This document shows, one piece after another, positions 22,891 through 31,456 of a stretch of 63,091 nucleotides of DNA (the first letter of the stretch is position 1; each line of letters starts with the position of its first letter). The notes beneath the pieces are model-generated. The model was not told the origin of the DNA. It saw only the letters and a list, made by a program, of their open reading frames with translations, and did no database searches. This DNA comes from Chloroflexota bacterium (lineage in GTDB: Bacteria; Chloroflexota; Dormibacteria; CF-121). The position numbers and the translations under genes were made by a program. The stretch is from contig VBJI01000079.1 of NCBI GenBank assembly GCA_005880875.1, positions 1-63,091 on the forward strand, in the 5' to 3' direction.

Positions 22891-24441
22891 TCAGGCGGTT
22901 CCTTCGACCGGACCTTCGGCGACCTTCTCGGTCACCTTGTACTCGAGGTACATCCCGAGCATCAGCCGCGTCTGAGCCTCAAGTGCCGGCAGGACGCTGA
23001 ACAGCAGGCCAACCGGCGGGTAGAGGCCGAGCTGCAGGTAGGCCCAGATCTGATGCAGGAAACCCCACTGGCGGGGCATCGGCGGATTGATCTTGCGCTC
23101 GACGAGGATCAGGGCCGCGATGTTGAGAAACGCGATGTTGATCAGGACGAAGGCGTAGGCGGCGAGTGTGTCGGCAGCGGGCGTCAGATTCCAGTCCTCC
23201 TGCAGCAGGCGCGGCAGCGCGGCGCCGAACAGCAACAGCACCGGCAGCGTGGTCCAGGTCAGGTGGTTGAAGACCATGTAGCCGTAGCGACGGGCCCGCA
23301 GCCACGCCGGGATCTCGACGTGGCGGAGCAGCCGCACGGTCACGTAGGGCAGATCGCTGACGCCCCAGGCCCAGCGCTTGATCTGGTTGTACTGATTGGC
23401 GTGGGTCTTGGCCCGCTCCCAGAAGATGCCACGATCCGAGGCCTCCGGCGCGTCGCCGAAGATGGGCAAGAACACTGGCACCATCTTCATGCCCCCGTGC
23501 GTCGCAAAAAACGACTTCCAATAGAAGCGCGAATCTTCGGGGATGACGTCATCGTCCCAGTAGCCGGCCTTGATGACGAGGTCGAGGGACATCGAATAGC
23601 TGCTGAACGCGACCAACCGGTCTGGCCGCGACGACAGGAACATCTGCCACTGCGTACAGGCGCTGGCCATGATGCGCACCGCGAAGGGCACCCGCCACAG
23701 ATTGTTGTGGAACATCGGAATCGGCTGGAAGATGCACTCGAGCCGCTTCGGATCGGTGGCGTAGTGAGACGTCACGTAAGCGAAATACTGCGGATGCACC
23801 CGGAAGTCTGAATCCAGGTCGGTGATGATCACGTCTTTCGGATCGAGACCGAGCGCATCGAGCTCCCGTCGGAGGACCGGACCACCGTACGCCATGGCGG
23901 CTGATTTACCCACCACGATTCCCGGCAGCAGCGGGTCTTTGATATGGAAGAAGGCCCGAAGCCTGGTACCGAACTCCTCCTGCAGCCGGCGGACGTTCTC
24001 CCAGCCCGCCCGGTCGCTCTCGCGGGTAATGATTGCCACGATCTTGTTCTCCGCCGGATAGTCCGCTTGCGTAATCGCTCGGACGGTCTCGCGAAGGATC
24101 GGATAGGGCTCCGTGTACGTCGGGATCAGGACCGCGTGGACAATGGCGCGCGGATCCGAGATCCCGGGCGCCGCCTTGAGGTCTCGACAGCGCTGCCCCC
24201 AGTCGGTGGCAGCCGCGACCCTCATCCGCTGGTACGTGGAGCGGATGCCAACCACGACGACCGCCGTGCGCACGAACCAGTAGATGTCGACCAGGAAGAT
24301 GGCCAAGGCAATGTACGGAGCAAAGACGAACGAGGCCACCACCGGGGTGATCAGGATGGTCCACGTCAGGGCGCCTGGAGCCACCTCCAGGGCGCGCTGG
24401 ATACGCCGCTGGCCAGGGCTCAAGACTGCTGCCGGTGCCAC
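22891..24441 (-). CDS. membrane-embedded family-2 glycosyltransferase, processive-synthase type
   Basis: VLIPTYTEPYPILRETV..., D.D in ITDLDSDF, and a Q..RW motif (QIKRWAWG). TM helices flank on both sides. Confidence 0.75.
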   Translation of the reverse strand: MAPAAVLSPGQRRIQRALEVAPGALTWTILITPVVASFVFAPYIALAIFLVDIYWFVRTAVVVVGIRSTYQRMRVAAATDWGQRCRDLKAAPGISDPRAIVHAVLIPTYTEPYPILRETVRAITQADYPAENKIVAIITRESDRAGWENVRRLQEEFGTRLRAFFHIKDPLLPGIVVGKSAAMAYGGPVLRRELDALGLDPKDVIITDLDSDFRVHPQYFAYVTSHYATDPKRLECIFQPIPMFHNNLWRVPFAVRIMASACTQWQMFLSSRPDRLVAFSSYSMSLDLVIKAGYWDDDVIPEDSRFYWKSFFATHGGMKMVPVFLPIFGDAPEASDRGIFWERAKTHANQYNQIKRWAWGVSDLPYVTVRLLRHVEIPAWLRARRYGYMVFNHLTWTTLPVLLLFGAALPRLLQEDWNLTPAADTLAAYAFVLINIAFLNIAALILVERKINPPMPRQWGFLHQIWAYLQLGLYPPVGLLFSVLPALEAQTRLMLGMYLEYKVTEKVAEGPVEGTA

Positions 24442-24556
24442 CAGTTCCTAGGCTAGAGCAACCCGTCAGCTAGCGTAGAGCCCTATTTGGCGTTATACTG
24501 GGGGCCGGGTTAGACAGGTTCGCGCGCTCGCGCCTGTCCGACGCTCCGCCGAAGGG

Positions 24557-27142
24557 GTGGCTAGCCGTCGGCCCACCTGTGAAAGCCAGGTCCAATCTTA
24601 TGCGCTACAAGGAGCGCCCTTGACCTTACGGTTGCCGCCTGTTGCCGCGGGGTCCCCGTTCGCCCATCGGGCCCCGGATATTACGGCGGTCCGGCTGAAG
24701 GTCTGCGCCGCACCGCAGAGCCAGGCCGAGACCCTCCTGGCCCATCTGGGGCAGGATGCCCTGCTGGCGTTGGTCACGGAAGCCACCGAAGGTGACGGCT
24801 ACGTGGATATCAAGCACGCCCCCGTCCGGTTCACGCTCAACCTGCAGAAGCGAACGGACACCAGCATCGAGCGCTTCGGCCTGGTCGGACAGTTATTTGG
24901 TTTGCCCGGCCGCGATATCGCCTTCCTCGTGGAGCGGGTCCAGCCTGACCCGGATCCGACCAAGGATGCGGGCGATGTCCTGACCATCGAGGTCGCCGAG
25001 GCGGTTCCCGAGGAGGCCGCCTATGTCCCCGAGGATGACTGGGTGCGACGGCAGCTCACCGCCCTCGAGGAGGCGGCCCAGCTACCCCTGGTCCTGGCCG
25101 GCCAGGCCTTTGCCAATCACGAACGGCAGTGGCTCGCCTGGCAAGCCGAGCAGGACGCCCGGCCGTACGAGGTCGAGACCGAAGGCGTGATCTGCAGCAA
25201 GTGCGAGAATCTCCAGCCCAACGGCGCCAAGTGCGGCGTCTGCGGCGCCACCAACGGCGACCGGAGCGCCGGCAGCCTGATCGTGCTCAGCCGCCGAGGC
25301 GGCTTCAAAGAAGGTGACCGCGTCGTCATCCGCACCGCCCACGGGGCGGAGCGGGAGGGGACCCTGCTCCGCGGCGAGGGCGGGGGCCGTCGCTGGCTGG
25401 TCAAGCTGCGCGAAGAAGGCGTGCTCGGGCCGGGAACGGTCCGTCCCCAGCCGATCACGGCGGTGGTCGAAGTGCAGCAGCGGACCCTGAACGGGTTTCC
25501 AGCGGGCGACATCAGCCTGCGCCGAGTGGCCGCGCTGTTGATCGCGCCGGACGAGGTGCTGGCGCCCGGGACCGCCGAGCTTCTCCCCTTCGATGAGCGG
25601 CTGAACCCCAGCCAGCGGCAGGCCGTGACCAGCGCCGTCAACCTCTTCCCGGGCAGCATGCAACTGGTGCAGGGGCCACCCGGGACGGGCAAGACGACCT
25701 CCATCGTGGAGACGGTCCGTCAGCTGGTGGCGCGGGATCCCAACGTTCGCATCCTGATGACCTCGCATGCGAACACGGCGGTCGACAATGCGCAGGAACG
25801 ACTGCAAGGCCTCGACTCGCTCCGCATGGTCCGTATCGCCGAGCCGGAGAAGGTCGATCCGAAGTTCCGGCCGAGCATCGTCGAGGCCGACGACCCGCGG
25901 GTTCGCAACGCGCACGTGGTCTTCGGCACGGTCAACCGGATCGCGCTCGCCATGAAAGAAGCCGAGATGTTCGACTGGCTGATCCTCGATGAGGCCAACA
26001 AGGTGCGCTTCACCGAGACCCTGCCCCTGTTGCGGCTGGCCCCGCGCTGGCTGCTGGTCGGCGATCACCGCCAGCTGCCGCCGGTGCTCGACGAAAGTGC
26101 CGCCGCCTTCCCGGTCGACGGCGACGAGGCGAAAGCCATGGTGCGCGATGCCAGCTTCTTCGAATTGAGCTGGGCGGTGGTTCCGGAAACCAACCTGGTG
26201 ATGCTCGACGAGCAGTACCGGATGGCGGCGCCGATCGGGAGTTACGTCTCGGTCGCCTCCTATGACGGGCGACTGCGCAACTCGCCCGAGATGGCCGCCC
26301 TGCGCTCGCCGCTGCCCTGGCCCTTCAACCGCAACCTGACCTGGCTCACGATCCGCGGTCGCGAAAAGAAGGGTGGCTCGGGCAGTCTCTCGAACCGTGC
26401 CGAGATCGAAGCGGTGGGCCGCGTCGTTCGGCACCTGCAGCGGTTGGGATTGGAACATCTTCGGGTGGCCGTGATCGCCATGTACCAGGACCAGGTGACC
26501 CAGTTGCGTCGGGAGCTGCGGATGGTAGCCCTGCCCGGCCTGGCGGTGGATACGGTGGACGCCTTCGAGGGCGAGGAGGCCGACGTGGTCATCCTCAGCC
26601 TGGTGCGCAGCAACGAGGCGGAGCGGATCGGCTTCCTCAAGAAGGCGCAGCGGTTGAACGTCGCGATATCGCGGGCGAAGCAGCTGCTGGTGGTGGTGGG
26701 TGATATCGAGACCATGACCGGCCGCGAGGGGCAAGACCTCTACCGGCCGCTGCTCGAGCACATCGAGCGAGAGGGCCGGGTCGCGGGAATTGGCGCGCTG
26801 CATGCGATGGATGCGGCGGTCGGCGGTCGGCGCCGCGGCGATCGCCGTCGGCAGCGACCGGCTGGAGCACCACTCAGCACTCGGCCGCGTCGGCGACGTC
26901 GCGGGTATGGCCCGCGACCGGTCACACCGGGTGCTCCGGTGGCGAGCAACGGCGCGGAGGCTCCGGTGCCGGCTCCCAGTGAGAATGGCGCCGCCCCACC
27001 GCGGAAATTCCGGCGACGGCGGGGTCGGCGCCGGGGCAACCTCGCGCCGACGAACGGGACGGCGCAGGGCGCCAGCCCCGACGGCGGCACGCCCGCTCCG
27101 CAACCGGAACCGGCGGTTCAGTCGGTCGAGCCCGGCAGCTGA
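24557..27142 (+). CDS. Upf1/DNA2-like superfamily-1 helicase (AAA_11/AAA_12 type) with an uncharacterised N-terminal region, a CxxC..CxxC zinc ribbon and an Arg-rich C-terminal tail
   Basis: Motifs: I GPPGTGKT, Ia MTSHANTAVDNAQERL, II LILDEANK, III LVGDHRQLPPV, then LDEQYRM, V VDAFEGEEADVVILSLVRS, VI RLNVAISRAKQLLVVVGD. Zinc ribbon CSKCENLQPNGAKCGVCG. Tail RRRGDRRRQRP...RPRRRRRGYG...RKFRRRRGRRRG. A better start may be the in-frame TTG at 24620, preceded by AAGGAG. Confidence 0.85.
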   Translation: MASRRPTCESQVQSYALQGAPLTLRLPPVAAGSPFAHRAPDITAVRLKVCAAPQSQAETLLAHLGQDALLALVTEATEGDGYVDIKHAPVRFTLNLQKRTDTSIERFGLVGQLFGLPGRDIAFLVERVQPDPDPTKDAGDVLTIEVAEAVPEEAAYVPEDDWVRRQLTALEEAAQLPLVLAGQAFANHERQWLAWQAEQDARPYEVETEGVICSKCENLQPNGAKCGVCGATNGDRSAGSLIVLSRRGGFKEGDRVVIRTAHGAEREGTLLRGEGGGRRWLVKLREEGVLGPGTVRPQPITAVVEVQQRTLNGFPAGDISLRRVAALLIAPDEVLAPGTAELLPFDERLNPSQRQAVTSAVNLFPGSMQLVQGPPGTGKTTSIVETVRQLVARDPNVRILMTSHANTAVDNAQERLQGLDSLRMVRIAEPEKVDPKFRPSIVEADDPRVRNAHVVFGTVNRIALAMKEAEMFDWLILDEANKVRFTETLPLLRLAPRWLLVGDHRQLPPVLDESAAAFPVDGDEAKAMVRDASFFELSWAVVPETNLVMLDEQYRMAAPIGSYVSVASYDGRLRNSPEMAALRSPLPWPFNRNLTWLTIRGREKKGGSGSLSNRAEIEAVGRVVRHLQRLGLEHLRVAVIAMYQDQVTQLRRELRMVALPGLAVDTVDAFEGEEADVVILSLVRSNEAERIGFLKKAQRLNVAISRAKQLLVVVGDIETMTGREGQDLYRPLLEHIEREGRVAGIGALHAMDAAVGGRRRGDRRRQRPAGAPLSTRPRRRRRGYGPRPVTPGAPVASNGAEAPVPAPSENGAAPPRKFRRRRGRRRGNLAPTNGTAQGASPDGGTPAPQPEPAVQSVEPGS

Positions 27143-27192
27143 GCACGGCTCCCACCACGCCGCGAGCGCTGATCGGTAGCGAGCCCCAACCC

Positions 27193-27813
27193 TTGCTCGA
27201 CCTGGTCGACTGGCGCCGGCGGGTGGGCGATCTCTACCGGCTGACGGGTCCGGATGCGATCCGGCAATTTCGGCAGGGACGCGACGAGCTGTTTCGCATC
27301 CATCCGCAATCGCCGCTCTCGGCAGACGCCCGGACGAGATTTCGAGGCCTTCGCTACTTCGATCCCGACCCGGCGCTCGAGCTCCGGTGTCGACTGGAAC
27401 CGATGGAAGCCGGGGACCCGATCGAAATTGACACTGGCGGCGAGGACGGGGTGATCACGTACCGGAGGGCCGGCACGCTGCGGTTTCGTCTCGAAGGCCA
27501 CGCATGCCAGCTGACCGTCTTCAGTCTCGTCGGGTATGGCGCCGGGTTGTTCCTTCCCTTCCGCGATGCCACCTCGGGGAGGGAGACCTACGGTGGCGGC
27601 CGCTACCTGTTCGACACGGTGAAGAACACCGATGGCCTGGCGCTCGAAATCCAGCCGGGCTCGTCTGAGATCACCATCGATTTCAACTTCGCCTACAACC
27701 CGTCGTGCGCCTACGATCCGCGGTGGGCCTGCCCGCTGGCGCCGCGCGAGAACTGGCTACCCGTTTCGATCCGCGCTGGCGAGAAAAGCTTTGCCGATGA
27801 GTTGTCGGCGTGA
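27193..27813 (+). CDS. DUF1684 domain protein
   Basis: ...FRGLRYFDPDP...GGGRYL...IDFNFAYNPSCAYDPRWACPLAPRENWL matches the DUF1684 pattern as I recall it. TTG start. Confidence 0.7.
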   Translation: MLDLVDWRRRVGDLYRLTGPDAIRQFRQGRDELFRIHPQSPLSADARTRFRGLRYFDPDPALELRCRLEPMEAGDPIEIDTGGEDGVITYRRAGTLRFRLEGHACQLTVFSLVGYGAGLFLPFRDATSGRETYGGGRYLFDTVKNTDGLALEIQPGSSEITIDFNFAYNPSCAYDPRWACPLAPRENWLPVSIRAGEKSFADELSA

Positions 27814-28592
27814 GTATGACCGTGCTGATCACGGGGGCCTCAGGCGGCATTGGCTACGAGCTGGCCCTGCTGTTTGCGCGTGATCGGTACGACTGCGTTC
27901 TCGTGGCGCGGAGTCATGACAGGTTGACCGCGCTGGCCAGCCGGCTGGAGTCCGAGTTTGGCATCAAAACGCTGGTGCTGGCGAAGGACCTGTCAAAGCC
28001 CGCGACGGTCGATGAGATCTACGAGGAAGTCAGCGCTGCAACGCTGAAGGTCGATGTGCTCGTCAACAATGCGGGCTTTCCGGTCTACGGCCGGTTTGTC
28101 GAGACCGACCTGTCGGCCGAGCTCGAGATGCTGCAGGTCAACGTGGTCGCGCTCACCGCGCTCACCAAGCTGTTCGTGAGGGGCATGGTGGAAAGGCGCC
28201 AGGGACGCATCCTCAACCTGGCCTCGACCGCAGCCTTCGTGCCCGGCCCATTGATGGCGGTGTACTACGCGAGCAAGGCGTATGTCCTGTCGTTCTCGGA
28301 AGCGCTGGCTAACGAGCTGAAGGGCACGGGTGTCACGGTCACGGCGCTCACGCCGGGGGCCACGCGGACGGGTTTCCAGGAGCGAGGCAAGATGGAGGAT
28401 GCCCGGCTGATCAAGGGGACGCTTTCCGATGCCGCGTCAGTGGCGCTGGCCGGGTATCGCGGACTGATGGCTGGGAAAACGGTCGTCATTCCGGGATTGG
28501 GCAACAAGCTGCTGCCGGTTGTGGTGCGTCTCAGCCCGCGCCGAATCGTGACCCGGGTCTCACGCCGCATGCTCGAGCAGACCCCCCGCTGA
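27810..28592 (+). CDS. short-chain dehydrogenase/reductase
   Basis: TGASGGIG, NNAG, YYASKAYV catalytic motif. The start overlaps the previous stop. Confidence 0.88.
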   Translation: MSMTVLITGASGGIGYELALLFARDRYDCVLVARSHDRLTALASRLESEFGIKTLVLAKDLSKPATVDEIYEEVSAATLKVDVLVNNAGFPVYGRFVETDLSAELEMLQVNVVALTALTKLFVRGMVERRQGRILNLASTAAFVPGPLMAVYYASKAYVLSFSEALANELKGTGVTVTALTPGATRTGFQERGKMEDARLIKGTLSDAASVALAGYRGLMAGKTVVIPGLGNKLLPVVVRLSPRRIVTRVSRRMLEQTPR

Positions 28593-28596
28593 TCCC

Positions 28597-29073
28597 TCAG
28601 TCGGCGCGCTGGAGGTTTGCGACCAGGTGGCGGGCGAGCGGAACACCTTCCATCCCCATCTTCAGCTCGTAGCGGAGGGTATCGCCGTCCAGCCAGAGTG
28701 ACCGGCTGATCGAGCTGACCCGCTTCGCGGTCGGCGTGCGCCCCACGCTGGCGCATTCGACATCGACCCGCTGCCCATCGACGCGGCCCAGGGAGATCTC
28801 CGCAAAGCCGATCGGCTGCGCGATGACGAACTCGACCCGACCCTCGCCCACCAGCCGGAGGTAGCCCGCCTCGCCGTGCATCGGCTGGCCGGTGTCGATC
28901 GCCTCGGTCCGCTGCGTGTAGATGAGAAATGGCTTGCCGTTGTGGGAGAAGCGGATCTCCTCCCGGTAGCGAAAGGGCTCGATGGTTGGATACTGGCCCT
29001 GGCCCTCACCCCGCCAGGTGCCCAGCAGGAACGCAACCGGCTTCACAGCCGGATGCAGCTCGGTCGCGATCAT
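28597..29073 (-). CDS. nitrobindin-like / fatty-acid-binding-protein-like beta-barrel (UPF0678/DUF1794 type)
   Basis: ...VAFLLGTWRGEGQGQYPTIEPFRYREEIRFSHNGKPFLIYTQRT...HGEAGYLR is typical of this family. Confidence 0.7.
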   Translation of the reverse strand: MIATELHPAVKPVAFLLGTWRGEGQGQYPTIEPFRYREEIRFSHNGKPFLIYTQRTEAIDTGQPMHGEAGYLRLVGEGRVEFVIAQPIGFAEISLGRVDGQRVDVECASVGRTPTAKRVSSISRSLWLDGDTLRYELKMGMEGVPLARHLVANLQRAD

Positions 29074-29098
29074 GCGCCCATCTTAGAGAGGAGGCAGT

Positions 29099-29172
29099 TG
29101 CCCTCGGCAGGACTCGAACCTGCGACGCCCTCCTTAGGACGGAGGCGCTCTGATCCCCTGAGCTACGAGGGC
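29099..29172 (-). tRNA. tRNA-Arg (anticodon CCT)
   Basis: Hand-folded cloverleaf: GCCCTCG-TA-GCTC-AGGGGATCA-GAGC-G-CCTCC-GTCCTAA-GGAGG-GCGTC-GCAGG-TTCGAGT-CCTGC-CGAGGGC-A. 74 nt, no encoded CCA. Confidence 0.9.
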
Positions 29173-29218
29173 ATGAGGCCGCGGCGCAAAAGAGAGGGTA
29201 TCATTGGCATCTGCCGAT

Positions 29219-29293
29219 CGGGGCGTAGCTCAGCCAGGTTAGAGTGCACGGTTCGGGACCGTGAGGTCGGTGGTTCAAATCCACTCGCCCCGA
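29219..29293 (+). tRNA. tRNA-Pro (anticodon CGG)
   Basis: Hand-folded cloverleaf: CGGGGCG-TA-GCTC-AGCCAGGTTA-GAGT-G-CACGG-TTCGGGA-CCGTG-AGGTC-GGTGG-TTCAAAT-CCACT-CGCCCCG-A. G37 is typical of Pro. No encoded CCA. Confidence 0.9.
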
Positions 29294-29319
29294 TAGCACC
29301 AAAGGCGCACACTGACGGC

Positions 29320-29472
29320 GTGAGGCCGTGGACCCTGCGGGTGATCGCGTTGCTCGGGATCGTGAGCATCGTGTACGGCTTCATGCGGGGCGACGTGGTT
29401 GACATCGCCCTGGGAACCGCGGTTCTTGTCAGCGGCAGCCTGGGGTATATCGCCTGGTGGCGTCGCCGGTGA
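29320..29472 (+). CDS. possible tiny membrane protein (50 aa)
   Basis: In-frame GTG inside track ORF 28876-29472. The product is VRPWTLRVIALLGIVSIVYGFMRGDVVDIALGTAVLVSGSLGYIAWWRRR (2 TM). The SD is weak. Confidence 0.3.
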   Translation: MRPWTLRVIALLGIVSIVYGFMRGDVVDIALGTAVLVSGSLGYIAWWRRR

Positions 29473-29552
29473 TCAGGTGTGGGATGGCACCCGCGAGCGG
29501 CGAGCAGGTTCTTGGCGGGCTTTCGGGTTCAGTCCAGCAGGACCGAAAACAC

Positions 29553-29663
29553 ATGACCGGCCGTCCCCTCTTCTCCATGCTGATCTTCGCCGGCATCATC
29601 GTGGCCGCGATGTGGTTCTTCGTCCTGCCGGCGCTGACGACCTTCCGCCCCACCCTGCCCTGA
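29553..29663 (+). CDS. possible tiny membrane protein (36 aa)
   Basis: Internal ATG of track ORF 29457-29663. The product is MTGRPLFSMLIFAGIIVAAMWFFVLPALTTFRPTLP (1 TM). Confidence 0.25.
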   Translation: MTGRPLFSMLIFAGIIVAAMWFFVLPALTTFRPTLP

Positions 29664-30503
29664 TCAGGCGAGCGTCAGCAGGGCGATGCCACCCACGATG
29701 GCGAAGGCGCCCGCCATCCGGACCCAGGCGCCGCGCCGCTCGCCCAACCGCCAGATGCCCCAGGCCGTGACCAGGACGATCGCCGACTCGCGAAGTGGGG
29801 CAACGATCGCCAGCGGCGCGATGCTCAGGGCGAACAGGATCATGAAGTAGGCGCTGGTCATCAGCACGCCCACCGCCAGGGACACGCGGAACTGATCGGT
29901 CAAGCGGTTCTCGGCCACCCGTCGGAGCCGAGTGAACGTGACAAGAAAGATCGCCCCGAAGAACCAGAGCAGCCAGCCATAGAGCCACGGCGGGCCCAGA
30001 CGGACGCCGATGCGGTCGAGCGAGGTGTAGGCCGCGATCACGATGCCGGTCAGCAACGCCGGTCCGAGTGCCGAGCCGGCGCTGGACGGGCGCCGAACGG
30101 CCCACATGCCAGCGAGGAGAAACAGAATGCCGGCGAGCGCGACCAGATGAACGCGCTCGCCGAGGAGCACGAGACCAACCACCACGGCCAGCAGCGGCGC
30201 CGTCCCTCGGGCGATCGGGTAGACCACGGACAGCTCACCACGCTGATACGCAATCGACAGCGTGATGAAGTAGCCGAGCTCGAGCCCGGCCGACGCGAGC
30301 GCCAGGAGCCAGCCGGCGAGCGGCAATCCGGGCCGGCCCTGCGCCAGCCAGAGGGCGGCGACCGGAGGAAGCGCGACGAGCGTGCCGAGTGACATCGCTC
30401 GCGCCGCCAGGGACAGGGGATTTTCGGATGCCTTGAGCAGGGCATTCCAGCTGGCATGACAGACGGCCGCCAGCAAGACCAGCGGTAGTACCGCGACAGG
30501 CAC
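29664..30503 (-). CDS. EamA/DMT-family transporter
   Basis: 279 aa, 10 TM-like helices. The start MPVAVLPLVLLAAVCHASWNALLK is typical of EamA repeats. Confidence 0.8.
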   Translation of the reverse strand: MPVAVLPLVLLAAVCHASWNALLKASENPLSLAARAMSLGTLVALPPVAALWLAQGRPGLPLAGWLLALASAGLELGYFITLSIAYQRGELSVVYPIARGTAPLLAVVVGLVLLGERVHLVALAGILFLLAGMWAVRRPSSAGSALGPALLTGIVIAAYTSLDRIGVRLGPPWLYGWLLWFFGAIFLVTFTRLRRVAENRLTDQFRVSLAVGVLMTSAYFMILFALSIAPLAIVAPLRESAIVLVTAWGIWRLGERRGAWVRMAGAFAIVGGIALLTLA

Positions 30504-30550
30504 GCTGCCGAGTCTAGATGAGGTTGGTCCGGGGATATTGCAGGGAATGC

Positions 30551-30565
30551 GATATCATTGATATC
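30551..30565. promoter_or_regulatory. perfect 7-1-7 palindrome GATATCA-T-TGATATC immediately upstream of ku (candidate operator)
   Basis: Read directly. It lies 6 nt before the ku ATG in the 67-nt divergent EamA/ku intergenic region. No SD is visible between it and the ATG. Confidence 0.35.
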
Positions 30566-30570
30566 ACGTT

Positions 30571-31422
30571 ATGGCGCCTCGCACCCCTCGAGCCATCTGG
30601 AGCGGGACGATTTCTTTCGGGATGGTCAGTATCCCGGTCAACCTCTACACCGCCACCCAATCGCACGACGTGCGCTTCCACCTCCTGCACAAACGGGACG
30701 GTGTTCGGTTGAAGAACGTTCGCTGGTGCCCCAAAGACGAAAAGGCCGTGCCGTGGGACGAAGTCGTGCGCGGGTTCGAGTACGCCAAGGGGCGTTATGT
30801 GCCGCTCAGCGACGAGGATCTCGACCATCTCCCGGTGAAGACCATTCATACCGTCGACATTTCGGACTTCGTCAAACTCGAAGAGGTGGACCCGATCTAC
30901 TTCGACAAGGCCTACTATCTCGCGCCCGAGGAGGCGGGGGTCAAGGCATTTGCCTTGCTTCGGCAGGCACTGCAGCAGACGGGGCGGGCGGCCGTGGCGA
31001 AAGTGGCCATCCGCGACAAAGAGAATCTATGCCTGGTTCGGCCCTACCAGGATGTGCTGTCGATGGAGACCATGCTCTACGCGAATGAGATTCGATCGAC
31101 GGAAGGCATCGCCGCCGACGGCGCGAAGGTTTCCCCGAAAGAGTTGCAGATGGCCGTCTCCTTGATCGAGAACCTCAGCGACAGCTTCGACGCCGAGCGT
31201 TACGAGGATGACTACCAGGCCGCGCTGAAGCAGGTCATCGATGCCAAGGTCGACGGTGCGCCGCTGCCTGAAGCACCGGCGGAGCGAGGCGAAAAGGTGG
31301 TCGACTTGATGGATGCCCTGCGGGCGAGCGTCGAGGCGACGAAGAAACGCTCGGGCAAGCCCGAACGCAAATCGGCGAGCACCGCCCGGCACGCGCCGCA
31401 GCGCCGTCGCAAGAGCGCCTAA
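30571..31422 (+). CDS. ku: Ku protein (NHEJ DNA-end binding)
   Basis: IWSGTISFGMVSIPVNLYTAT...VRFHLLH...VPWDEVVRGFEY...YVPLSDEDL...IYFDKAYYLAPE, followed by a basic C-terminal tail. Confidence 0.93.
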   Translation: MAPRTPRAIWSGTISFGMVSIPVNLYTATQSHDVRFHLLHKRDGVRLKNVRWCPKDEKAVPWDEVVRGFEYAKGRYVPLSDEDLDHLPVKTIHTVDISDFVKLEEVDPIYFDKAYYLAPEEAGVKAFALLRQALQQTGRAAVAKVAIRDKENLCLVRPYQDVLSMETMLYANEIRSTEGIAADGAKVSPKELQMAVSLIENLSDSFDAERYEDDYQAALKQVIDAKVDGAPLPEAPAERGEKVVDLMDALRASVEATKKRSGKPERKSASTARHAPQRRRKSA

Positions 31423-31429
31423 CACTCTG

Positions 31430-31456
31430 GCCAAGCGGCCAGCCCAACCGCTTGGC
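31430..31456. terminator. 9-bp perfect hairpin between convergent ku and a small membrane gene (bidirectional terminator candidate)
   Basis: gccaagcgg-ccagcccaa-ccgcttggc read directly. Confidence 0.4.

Noticed and set aside
24511-24540. Shared ttagaca(a)gg-plus-hairpin motif upstream of the helicase (24511) and of the zinc-ribbon ORF (41481), as a possible common regulatory element.
   Set aside because: Only about 10 nt are shared and the stems differ. With two occurrences, this is within chance expectation.
25082-27103. A 673-aa ORF antisense to the helicase gene. Similar long antisense or out-of-frame ORFs occur elsewhere, for example 711-1763(+), 15031-16485(+), 16509-17720(+), 17623-18837(+), 20566-21585(-), 22831-23811(+), 37800-39269(-), 45634-46881(+), 47797-49122(+), 54225-55781(+) and 57883-59001(-).
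   Set aside because: These are typical shadow ORFs of GC-rich DNA. Their products are Arg/Gly/Pro/Ala-rich with no recognisable motifs, and each overlaps a strongly supported gene on the other strand or in another frame.
29099-30503. A possible genomic island or integrated element at the tRNA-Arg/tRNA-Pro locus.
   Set aside because: There is no integrase, excisionase or transposase. I could not find a repeat of either tRNA 3' end elsewhere in the window. The flanking genes look like ordinary chromosomal genes.
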